Shown here one piece after another: positions 8,665-16,812 of a DNA stretch of 64,000 bases. The DNA is from Acidimicrobiales bacterium (GTDB lineage Bacteria > Actinomycetota > Acidimicrobiia > Acidimicrobiales > SHLQ01), in the NCBI GenBank assembly GCA_020629635.1, contig JAHDCX010000015.1:18899-82898 (forward strand). Reading direction: 5' to 3'. Numbering within the stretch: position 1 is the stretch's first letter; each line of letters begins with the position of its first letter. The notes under the pieces are model-generated. The model ran no database searches, was not told the DNA's origin, and saw only the letters and a list, made by a program, of their open reading frames with translations. The position numbers were made by a program, and so were the translations under genes.

Positions 8665-10047
8665 TCAGCCCACCCGGCTGAGAATGACGAACCCGGCGAG
8701 TGCGCCCAGCACCAGTAGCGCGCCGATGACGAGCTGTGGTGTCCCTGCGTTGCCACCCTCGCCGCCTACGTCGGGTGCGGCGGTGAGTTCGACCTCTTCG
8801 GGAGCGTCGGTCGACGCATCGTCTTCGGCGTCCTGAGTCGACGGCGCCGCCGCGGGTGCGGTGTCCTGCGCCGTGTCGGATTCGGTCGACGCCTCGGCGA
8901 CGTCTTCGTCATCAGCCGAATCGGTCGATGCCGAGTCGGCGGATCCGGAATCGTCCGCTGGAGCCTCGTCTGCATCGGCGACTTCGGTCGTCACGTCCGT
9001 CGACGTGGCGGCGTCGGCGGTGTCGCCCGCTTCCGAACCGAGCCCGCTCGCACCGTTGGAGCCATCGACGGTCTGCGCTTCGCCCGTCGTCGTGGTCATC
9101 TGAGCTGCGGTCGAGGTCGTCGCAGTTGCGGTTGCCGGGCTCGTCGCCGCTGTGGTGGTCGACGAGGTGGTGGAGGGGTTGCTCGGCGTCACGGTCACGG
9201 GTGCCACCACCGTGGATGACGTCGTCGTCTCCGGAACCTCCGTCGTCGACGTCGTGGTCGTTTCGGGCGCCTCCGTCGTCGAGGTCGTGGTCTCCGGGAC
9301 TTCCGTCGTCGACGTCGTCGTTTCGGGCGCCTCCGTTGTCGAGGTCGTGGTCTCCGGGACCTCCGTTGTCGACGTCGTCGTCTCCGGGACCTCCGTCGTC
9401 GACGTCGTGGTCGTTTCGGGTGCCTCCGTTGTCGACGTCGTGGTCTCCGGGACTTCCGTTGTCGAAGTCGTCGTCTCCGGGACCTCCGTCGTCGAGGTCG
9501 TGGTCTCTGGCGACTCCGTGGTCGACGTGGTGGTCTCCGGGACCTCCGTTGTCGAAGTCGTCGTTTCGGGCACCTCCGTGGTCGACGTGGTCGTCTCCGG
9601 GACGTCGGTCGTGCTCGAGGACGGAAGGGGCACCGACGACGACGTCGAGGACGTCACCTCGGGACCTTCGCCACCCTCATCGCCACCGCCGCCTTCGCCG
9701 GCCTCACCGCCATCGTGCGTGGTCGTCGTCGCCTCCGGATCGGCCGGATCGAGTGTCGTCGACGTGCTCGTGGTCGGTTCGGTCGAAGGAGGTTCGGCGT
9801 CGGGGATCGAACTGGTGGTCGACGCGAGTTCGCTCGTCGTCGTCTCGACCGCCTCCGTCGTGCTCGTCGTCGGGGCTGGGTCGCAGTCGCCGCCACCCCC
9901 ACCACCCTGGCCTTGTCCGTTGTTCTCGTTTGCCTCGCACTCGGCCGCCGGGGTCAGGGGCGCGAACATCACCTGGCCGACGCCGGCGAGCGTCAGGACG
10001 GCAAGGGCCGCCACCAGCAGTCGAACTCGAGCGGACATGTCGCTCAT
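8665..10047 (-). CDS. Mucin-like Thr/Ser/Glu/Pro-rich surface protein with signal peptide and C-terminal TM anchor
   Basis: ATG at 10047 preceded by GGGAAAGG. Signal peptide MSDMSARVRLLVAALAVLTLAGVG. About 13 tandem VPETTTSTTE units. C-terminal TM QLVIGALLVLGALAGFVILSRVG. The protein is almost entirely low complexity. Confidence 0.75.
   Translation of the reverse strand: MSDMSARVRLLVAALAVLTLAGVGQVMFAPLTPAAECEANENNGQGQGGGGGGDCDPAPTTSTTEAVETTTSELASTTSSIPDAEPPSTEPTTSTSTTLDPADPEATTTTHDGGEAGEGGGGDEGGEGPEVTSSTSSSVPLPSSSTTDVPETTTSTTEVPETTTSTTEVPETTTSTTESPETTTSTTEVPETTTSTTEVPETTTSTTEAPETTTTSTTEVPETTTSTTEVPETTTSTTEAPETTTSTTEVPETTTSTTEAPETTTTSTTEVPETTTSSTVVAPVTVTPSNPSTTSSTTTAATSPATATATTSTAAQMTTTTGEAQTVDGSNGASGLGSEAGDTADAATSTDVTTEVADADEAPADDSGSADSASTDSADDEDVAEASTESDTAQDTAPAAAPSTQDAEDDASTDAPEEVELTAAPDVGGEGGNAGTPQLVIGALLVLGALAGFVILSRVG
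9218..9615 (-). repeat. In-frame tandem repeat, 30-bp unit (two 33-bp variants), about 13 copies, encoding (V/A/S)PETTT(T)STTE
   Basis: Direct reading of the DNA (ggaacctccgtcgtcgacgtcgtggtcgtttcgggcgcc... with period 30) and of the translated repeat. Confidence 0.9.
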
Positions 10048-10189
10048 CAGGGCCTTTCCCTTCGGCGTTGACCGATGGATCACTACACGTGGCCGTTCGA
10101 GACATCCCACCCACGGCCTGTCACCGAGAGTACCGCGAGTGCCACAGTCGATTCCGTGGGCACCCTTACCCACTCGGGTGAGGACGGAT

Positions 10190-11020
10190 ATGGTCGCCGT
10201 CATGGCCACGCTCGTGTGTTTTCACGCCCATCCCGACGACGAGGCGATCGCCACCGGCGGACTCATGGCCAAGGCGGCGGCCTCGGGCCATCGGGTCGTG
10301 CTCGTTTGCGCCACCCGCGGCGAACAAGGCGAACCCGTCGAAGGCGTACTCGATGACGGCGAACAGCTCTGGGAGCGCCGTATGGTCGAGCTCGCCGCGT
10401 CCGCCGAGATCCTCGGCGCGGACGAACCCCTCTGGCTCGGCTACGAGGACTCCGGGATGATCGGCGAGCCCGCCAACGACAACCCGGCCTGCTTCTGGCA
10501 GGCCGATCACGACGAAGCCGTCGAACGGTTCGCCACGATCCTTCGTGAGGTCGACGCAGACGTCGTCACCATCTACGACGACCACGGCGGCTACGGCCAC
10601 CCGGACCACATTCGTGTGCACACGGTCGGCCTCGAGGCAGCCCGGTCGGTGGGCATCGAGCACGTCTACGAGTCCACGATCGACCGCGACGCCATCAAGC
10701 TCATGCAGGCCGCCGCACAAGAGGGCGAACTCGAGGCGGACTTCGGCGACGACGATGGCCCCGCTGACATCGACAGTTTCGGCACGCCCAACGCCGACAT
10801 CTCGTACACGATCGACGTTTCGGACTACGTCGGCCACAAACGCCGGTCGATGATGGCCCATGCCAGCCAGATCGGGCCCGACAGCTTCTTTCTCACCATG
10901 AACGACGAGGTGTTCGCCATGGCGTTCGGTACGGAGAGTTTCAACATTCCGGGAATCACGAACACGGGTGGACCGGTTGCCCTCGACACGCTTCCCGGAC
11001 TCGACGGAGACCCCTCATGA
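10190..11020 (+). CDS. PIG-L/LmbE-family N-deacetylase (MshB/Mca-like)
   Basis: MVAVMATLVCFHAHPDDEAIATGG (AHPDDE motif) and GGYGHPDHIRVH (HPDH Zn motif). GAGGA lies 5 nt upstream of ATG 10190. The 5' part of the tracked 622-aa ORF is antisense to the repeat gene. Confidence 0.8.
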   Translation: MVAVMATLVCFHAHPDDEAIATGGLMAKAAASGHRVVLVCATRGEQGEPVEGVLDDGEQLWERRMVELAASAEILGADEPLWLGYEDSGMIGEPANDNPACFWQADHDEAVERFATILREVDADVVTIYDDHGGYGHPDHIRVHTVGLEAARSVGIEHVYESTIDRDAIKLMQAAAQEGELEADFGDDDGPADIDSFGTPNADISYTIDVSDYVGHKRRSMMAHASQIGPDSFFLTMNDEVFAMAFGTESFNIPGITNTGGPVALDTLPGLDGDPS

Positions 11021-11769
11021 CCGCCACCCCCACCCAGTTCGACACCGACTTCGACATCGAGTTCTTCTTCGATCCCGTCTGCCCCTTCGCGTGGATCACG
11101 TCGCGCTGGATCGAGAAGGTGCAAGAACAGACCGACTTTCGGGTCAACTGGCGATTCATCTCGCTGCGCATCCTGAACAAGGACAAGGACTACGCCACCG
11201 AGTTCCCGCCCGAATACGAGCACGGCCACACCGCGGGCCTTCGCATGCTGCGGGTCGCCGCGGCCGTCCGCGATGATCTCGGCCCCGAACCCCTCGGCGC
11301 CCTCTACACCCAACTCTCCGGATCCACCTTCGACGCCGAACCCAACGAGCAGTATCGGCTCAGCCTCGGCACCGTCGAGATGGTGTCGGGCGCGCTCGAG
11401 CGAGCCGGCCTCGACTCGAAGTACGCGGTCGAGGTCGACAACGACAGCTGGGACGCGGTCATCGAGGCCGAGACCGAACTCGCTCTGAGCCGGACCGGGC
11501 GAGACGTCGGCACGCCGATCATCACGTTCCAACCCCCAGATGGCCTGTCGTTCTTCGGGCCGGTCATCAGTCGAGTGCCGTCGGACGCCGACGCCGTCCC
11601 GCTCTGGAACGCGGTCACCACGCTCGCCGCCTATCCCGGGTTCGCCGAGATGAAGCGATCCTTGCGCGAAACCCCGCAGCTCCGTGTCTTCGGCGAACTG
11701 TCCGAGAACCCCGAGTTCGAGGACTGGCAAGGTGGTGCCCGCGCCGCCCACCTCCCCGAGAACAACTGA
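11017..11769 (+). CDS. DsbA-family thioredoxin-fold protein (Rv2466c/mycoredoxin-2-like) with single-Cys CPFA motif
   Basis: FFFDPVCPFAWITSRWIEKV at the N-terminus, with the DsbA-like helical insertion. The ATG overlaps the upstream stop (ATGA). Confidence 0.7.
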   Translation: MTATPTQFDTDFDIEFFFDPVCPFAWITSRWIEKVQEQTDFRVNWRFISLRILNKDKDYATEFPPEYEHGHTAGLRMLRVAAAVRDDLGPEPLGALYTQLSGSTFDAEPNEQYRLSLGTVEMVSGALERAGLDSKYAVEVDNDSWDAVIEAETELALSRTGRDVGTPIITFQPPDGLSFFGPVISRVPSDADAVPLWNAVTTLAAYPGFAEMKRSLRETPQLRVFGELSENPEFEDWQGGARAAHLPENN

Positions 11770-11815
11770 GCCGCCCCGGAGCCCTTTGCCGCCAACGCCG
11801 CGTGACCGGGTCGCG

Positions 11816-12769
11816 TCAGTTCGGTGGAAGCACCCGCCGTCGATCGTCCTTGCCGGTCACCCGAATGAGGCCTCGCGCTTCGGCGGCGCGTACGTAGCTC
11901 CCGAAGTTCCGATAGCCCAAGCGACGTTCGGAGAAGTCGGGGTCGGCGTTGCGGAGCGCGTCCTTCAGTCCCGTCAGTGGCAGGTCCTTGGCCGACGCAA
12001 CGACCGAGGTCAACAGCTCGTCGGCACGACTCGACGCAGAGTCGCCGAGTGACACCATTGGGTCACCCTCACCTTCGAGTTGGAGATGGCCGTCGGACTC
12101 GAGCGCCCGAAGCAACGATCCGAACGATCGATGACCGAGCTCGGTTTCGGAGAACGTCGGATCCTTCCGCTTGATGGCTCGCTTGAGCGTGGACGCCCGC
12201 ACCGACTCGCTCGACCGTTCGAGACCAGCCAGGGTCGCCAGGACCAGGGTTGGACGGTCGGTCCCCGACGGCTCTTCGCCCTCGTCGGCGTTCGGGGCGA
12301 GATCGTCGTAGAACAAGAACTCGTCACACGCCGGCGGCAGAAGCTTCGACGTCGACTGCCGGATCCCGACGCCGATCACCGTCCGGTCGAGCTCGCGGAG
12401 CTTCTGGACCAGCGGACTCAAGTCGCTGTCGCCGGTGCAGATCACGAACGTCGCGATGTAGTCGCGTTCGAGCGCCAGCTCGATCGCATCGATCGCGAGC
12501 TTGATGTCCGCCGCGTTCTTTCGGCTTCCGCCCATCTTCTGCGGGATGTCGATCAGCTCGACCTGATGGCGGGTCAACATGCGGCGGTCGTCATCGAAGT
12601 ACGACCAATCGGCGTAGGCGCGTCGGGCGATCACCCGGCCGCGTTCGGCCAACGCATCCGCGACCACACCAAAGTCGAACAGCGCGCCGATGCTCTCACG
12701 CGCCCCGATCGCCAGGTTCTCGTAGTCGAGGAAGACGGCGATGCGGGATTCGGGAGTTTCAATGGCCAC
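11816..12769 (-). CDS. NYN-domain (LabA/DUF88) ribonuclease-like protein with two OST-HTH/LOTUS domains
   Basis: NYN: IAVFLDYENLAIG..., KNAADIKLAIDAIELA, ICTGDSDLSPLVQKLRE. Two LOTUS-like repeats: LKRAIKRKDPTFSETELGHRSFGSLLRAL and LKDALRNADPDFSERRLGYRNFGSYVRAA. Start uncertain: GTG 12769 is chosen because the longer ORF (to 12967) is Arg/Ser-rich and overlaps kynU. Confidence 0.72.
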   Translation of the reverse strand: MAIETPESRIAVFLDYENLAIGARESIGALFDFGVVADALAERGRVIARRAYADWSYFDDDRRMLTRHQVELIDIPQKMGGSRKNAADIKLAIDAIELALERDYIATFVICTGDSDLSPLVQKLRELDRTVIGVGIRQSTSKLLPPACDEFLFYDDLAPNADEGEEPSGTDRPTLVLATLAGLERSSESVRASTLKRAIKRKDPTFSETELGHRSFGSLLRALESDGHLQLEGEGDPMVSLGDSASSRADELLTSVVASAKDLPLTGLKDALRNADPDFSERRLGYRNFGSYVRAAEARGLIRVTGKDDRRRVLPPN

Positions 12770-12866
12770 GTTCGTACTATCGCACCCTTGGCGACCGTTG
12801 GGGGTCCAGGTCACCGCGGGCTCTGGTTCTTCGCGGGAGGCCCGCCTGTGCTCATAACCTGAGCGG

Positions 12867-14162
12867 GTGAACGCATCCGACCGGTTCGACCGTTGGCGCG
12901 CCGAAGCGGCGCAACTCGACGCCGAAGACCCGCTCGGCCACCTTCGGGCCGAGTTCGCGATCCCCACACATCACGACGGGACCGACGAGATCTACCTCGT
13001 CGGCAACTCCCTCGGCGCCCAACCTCACCGGGCCCGCACCGCGGTCGTGGCCGAGCTCGACGACTGGTCGAACGACGGTGTGCGCGGCCACTTCACCCCG
13101 CCCACACCGTGGGTCTCCTACCACGAGCTCTTGGTGGACGCCATGGCCGGACTCGTCGGCGCGAAGGCGAACGAAGTCACGCTCATGAACGCGTTGACCG
13201 TCAACCTGCATCTGCTGTTGATCTCGTTCTACGAACCCACCCCCGAGCGCCACAAGATCCTGATCGAAGAACACGCCTTCCCGTCCGATCACTTCGCCGT
13301 CGAATCCCAGATCCGCCAGCGTGGCTACGACCCGGCGACCTCGCTCATCACCGTGTCGCCCCGCCCCGGGTCCGAGCTCCTCGACGTCGACGACATCGAG
13401 GCGGCCATCGCCGAACACGGCGACAGCCTCGCCACGGTTCTGCTGCCGGGCGTGCAGTACTACACCGGTCAGGTCCTGCCGATCCGCCGCATCACCGCTG
13501 CCGCGCACGCCGTCGGCGCCCGCATGGGATGGGACCTCGCACACGCCGCTGGCAATGTGCCCCTGTCGCTGCACGACGACGGCGTCGACTTCGCCGCGTG
13601 GTGCACGTACAAGTACCTCAACTCCGGGCCGGGCGGAGTCGCCGGTGCCTACGTCCACGAGCGGCACCACACCGACCCCTCGCTCAACAAGCTGCTCGGG
13701 TGGTGGGGCACCAACGGTGCGACCCGATTCGAGATGGTCAACGACTTCGATCCGATCCCCACCGTCGACTCGTGGCACATCTCCAACGGCGCGGTGCTCA
13801 CCCTCGCCGCGCTCCGAGGTGCCCTCGAGGTGTTCGATCTCGCCGGCGGCATCGGACCATTGCGCGCCAAGTCCCGACTCCAACTCGACCTGATGGACCG
13901 CATGCTCGACGCCGAGTTCTCCTCACGGGTCCGATCCATCACTCCCACGCCGTTCGCGGAGCGCGGCTGCCAATACGCCCTCGAGATCACCGACCCGGCC
14001 GTCGACGGACGCGCCGTCTTCGAGCATCTCGAAGCGCACGGGGTCGGCTGCGACTGGCGCTACCCGAACGTCATCCGCGTCGCGCCCGTGCCGCTGTACA
14101 ACTCGTTCGGCGACATTGCGGAGTTCGGCGTGCGCCTCGACGCGGCGCTCACCGCGTCATGA
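12867..14162 (+). CDS. kynU: Kynureninase
   Basis: 431 aa. IYLVGNSLGAQP, EEHAFPSDHFA, and the PLP-lysine region DFAAWCTYKYLNSGPGGVAG. Whole-length resemblance to the KynU family. Confidence 0.9.
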   Translation: MNASDRFDRWRAEAAQLDAEDPLGHLRAEFAIPTHHDGTDEIYLVGNSLGAQPHRARTAVVAELDDWSNDGVRGHFTPPTPWVSYHELLVDAMAGLVGAKANEVTLMNALTVNLHLLLISFYEPTPERHKILIEEHAFPSDHFAVESQIRQRGYDPATSLITVSPRPGSELLDVDDIEAAIAEHGDSLATVLLPGVQYYTGQVLPIRRITAAAHAVGARMGWDLAHAAGNVPLSLHDDGVDFAAWCTYKYLNSGPGGVAGAYVHERHHTDPSLNKLLGWWGTNGATRFEMVNDFDPIPTVDSWHISNGAVLTLAALRGALEVFDLAGGIGPLRAKSRLQLDLMDRMLDAEFSSRVRSITPTPFAERGCQYALEITDPAVDGRAVFEHLEAHGVGCDWRYPNVIRVAPVPLYNSFGDIAEFGVRLDAALTAS

Positions 14163-15526
14163 CCGCGCTTGGCGACCGCGGTCCGGTTGTCGTCGTCGGT
14201 GGCGGCCCCGCCGGGGCGCTGCTGGCGATCCTGCTCGCCCGCCACGGCCATCACGTCGACGTCTACGAGAGCCGACCCGACCTCCGCCGTGCCGACATCG
14301 GTTCGGGACGATCGATCAACCTGGCGCTCGCCACCCGGGGCATCGCGGCCCTCGACGCGATCGACGTGATGGATCGAGTCGAAGAGATCACGATCCCGAT
14401 GCGCGGCCGCATGGTTCACCTCGACGACGGCGCGACCAACTTCCAGCCATACGGGCTCCACGATTCCGACATCGTTCACTCGGTGAGTCGCAACGCCCTC
14501 AACGCGATCCTGCTCGACGCGGCCGAGGAAACAGGCCGGATCTCGCTGCACTTCGAGATGCGCTGCCGCAGTGTCGACTTCGACGCCTCGACGGCGAGAT
14601 TCACGAACGCCTTCGACCAGATCGTCGACGTGGGGTTCGGCACAATCTTCGGCGCCGACGGGGCGAACTCGCCCGTCAGAGGATCGATGCTGCAGGTCAA
14701 CGGCGGACGCTTCCGCGAAGACGTGCTCGAACACGGCTACCGCGAGCTCACCATCCCGGCCAATCCCGACGGCAGTCACCGGCTCGACCCGCACGCACTC
14801 CACATCTGGCCTGCCGGCGGGTTCATGGTCATCGCACTCCCGAACCCGGCCGGAGACTTCACCGCCACGATCTTTCTGCCCCACACGTCGAACGACGGCC
14901 CGAGCTTCGCCTCACTCGAGACCCGCGACGAGGTCGAGTCGTTCTTCGCCGAGCACTTCGCAGACTTCGCCCCGCTCGTACCCGACCTTGTCGACGACTT
15001 CTTCGACGGCCCCGTGGGCGACATGTCGACGATCCACGTCCAGGGGTGGAGTTGGGCAGACCAGGCCGTGCTCGTCGGCGACGCGGCGCACGGCATCGTG
15101 CCCTTCCACGGTCAGGGGATGAACGCCGCCATGGAGTCGGGACTCGTGCTCGACCAACACATCCGCGACCGCCCACTCGACCTCGCCGCCGCCTTCGCCG
15201 CGTACGAAGCCGGTCGCCGCCCCGACGCCGACGCCATCGGCGACATGGCCTTGCAGAACTACATTGAGATGCGCAGCGACGTCGTCGACCCCGACTACCT
15301 GCTCAAACGAGAGCTCTCGCTCGAGCTCGAAAAGCGCCACCCGGACCGCTTCGCCGCCCGCTACGGCATGGTCATGTTCCACACGATGGGGTACGCCGAA
15401 GCCGAGACGCGGGCCCGCCGACAATCCCGCGTCCTCGACCAGCTCACCGCTCGAGCCCGATCGATCGACGACATCGACTGGGATCTCGCCGGCGCACTCG
15501 TGTCGATCCTCGACCCGCTCCCGTGA
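14159..15526 (+). CDS. kmo: Kynurenine 3-monooxygenase (FAD-dependent)
   Basis: ATG 14159 overlaps the kynU stop (ATGA). FAD fold VVVGGGPAGALLAILLARHGHHVDVYE, RSINLALATRG, FGADGANSPVR, GDAAHGIVPFHGQGMNAAMES, plus the C-terminal helical region typical of KMO. Confidence 0.85.
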   Translation: MTALGDRGPVVVVGGGPAGALLAILLARHGHHVDVYESRPDLRRADIGSGRSINLALATRGIAALDAIDVMDRVEEITIPMRGRMVHLDDGATNFQPYGLHDSDIVHSVSRNALNAILLDAAEETGRISLHFEMRCRSVDFDASTARFTNAFDQIVDVGFGTIFGADGANSPVRGSMLQVNGGRFREDVLEHGYRELTIPANPDGSHRLDPHALHIWPAGGFMVIALPNPAGDFTATIFLPHTSNDGPSFASLETRDEVESFFAEHFADFAPLVPDLVDDFFDGPVGDMSTIHVQGWSWADQAVLVGDAAHGIVPFHGQGMNAAMESGLVLDQHIRDRPLDLAAAFAAYEAGRRPDADAIGDMALQNYIEMRSDVVDPDYLLKRELSLELEKRHPDRFAARYGMVMFHTMGYAEAETRARRQSRVLDQLTARARSIDDIDWDLAGALVSILDPLP

Positions 15527-16770
15527 CCACTTCGGCGCCAGCGCACGGACTCCGGCGCAGCGAGTTCATCGTGCTCAGCTCGATGATCTCCGCGACGATT
15601 GCCATCTCGATCGACACGATTCTTCCCGCCTTCGACGAGCTCGCCGGCGACCTCGACATCGGCGACGGATCCGAGTCGCTCGCGATCACGGTCTTCTTGA
15701 TCGGCATGGGACTCGGCATGCCGATCTGGGGGCCGTTGTCGGATCGCTACGGCCGAAAGCCGATCCTGTGGATCTCACTCGCGATCTTCGTGCTCGGCGC
15801 GATCGTTGCCGCCACCGCATCGTCGTTCGGCGTGTTTCTGGTGGGGCGGATCATCTGGGGCGCCGCCGCAGCCGGCCCCCGCACCGTCGGACTCGCGATC
15901 GTGCGCGACTCCTACGAGGGCGACGAGATGGCCCGCATCATGTCGCTGACCTCCGCCGTCTTCCTGACCGTGCCGATCCTCGCTCCCGGAGTCGGCGAAG
16001 TCATCCTCACCTTCGCCAGTTGGCGAGCCACCAACCTCGTCGGTGCCGTACTCGGGATCGCCGTCGCCGGATGGCTGTTCCGCATGAACGAAACCCTCCA
16101 CAGCGACCACGTCCGCCCGCTCGAGCTCGCCCCGCTCCTCGACGCGACTCGCACCGTCCTTCGCACACCGACGACGGTCTGGTTCACGATCGCCGCCACC
16201 TTCGCCTACGGCGCCTTCTTTCCGTGGCTCGGCAGCAGCGTGCAGATCTTCGACGGCATCTACGACCGCGGCAACCTGTTTGCGCTGCTGTTCGGTGCCA
16301 ACGCCATCGCCATGGCCGTCGCGATCCTGCTGTCCGAACGCAGCGTCCGTCGATTCAGCACCTCGCCCGTGGTGCTCGTGCTTTCCACGACCATCCCCGT
16401 CGCCGCCCTCGCCTGGGTGATGCTCGCGCTCGCCGCCGACGGCGTCCCCGACTTCTGGGTCTGGTTCGCCGCCACGACCGTGCTCACCTCGCTCAACGCG
16501 GCACTCAGCCCGCTCCTGCAGACCCAGGCGATGCAACCCATGGGCGCCATCGCCGGTCTCGCCTCGTCGATGACCGGTGCGTTCATCTTCGTGGTGAGCG
16601 CCGTCCTCGGCAGCATCATCGATCGCTTCATCGACGACACCGTCACCCCGTTCGGTGTCGGCTTCGTCGTCTACGGCACCCTCGGCCTGCTCGCCGTCCT
16701 CGCCGCTCGTCAAGCACGCGCATCCTCCGCGTCGAAAACGGCCCAGGTCAAACCTCCTCGAAACAGGTAA
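15523..16770 (+). CDS. MFS transporter, Bcr/CflA-like (12 TM)
   Basis: GTG 15523 overlaps the kmo stop (GTGA). MFS motif A GPLSDRYGRKP. Hydrophobic periodicity throughout. Confidence 0.8.
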   Translation: MTTSAPAHGLRRSEFIVLSSMISATIAISIDTILPAFDELAGDLDIGDGSESLAITVFLIGMGLGMPIWGPLSDRYGRKPILWISLAIFVLGAIVAATASSFGVFLVGRIIWGAAAAGPRTVGLAIVRDSYEGDEMARIMSLTSAVFLTVPILAPGVGEVILTFASWRATNLVGAVLGIAVAGWLFRMNETLHSDHVRPLELAPLLDATRTVLRTPTTVWFTIAATFAYGAFFPWLGSSVQIFDGIYDRGNLFALLFGANAIAMAVAILLSERSVRRFSTSPVVLVLSTTIPVAALAWVMLALAADGVPDFWVWFAATTVLTSLNAALSPLLQTQAMQPMGAIAGLASSMTGAFIFVVSAVLGSIIDRFIDDTVTPFGVGFVVYGTLGLLAVLAARQARASSASKTAQVKPPRNR

Positions 16771-16812
16771 AACCGCCCACGGATCGGCCGATACACCCCG
16801 TATGCACCACGG

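Noticed and set aside
9218-9615. Regular 30-bp periodicity that could be mistaken for a CRISPR array
   Set aside because: The units are directly adjacent with no spacers. They are in frame and encode the VPETTTSTTE protein repeat, and no cas genes are nearby.
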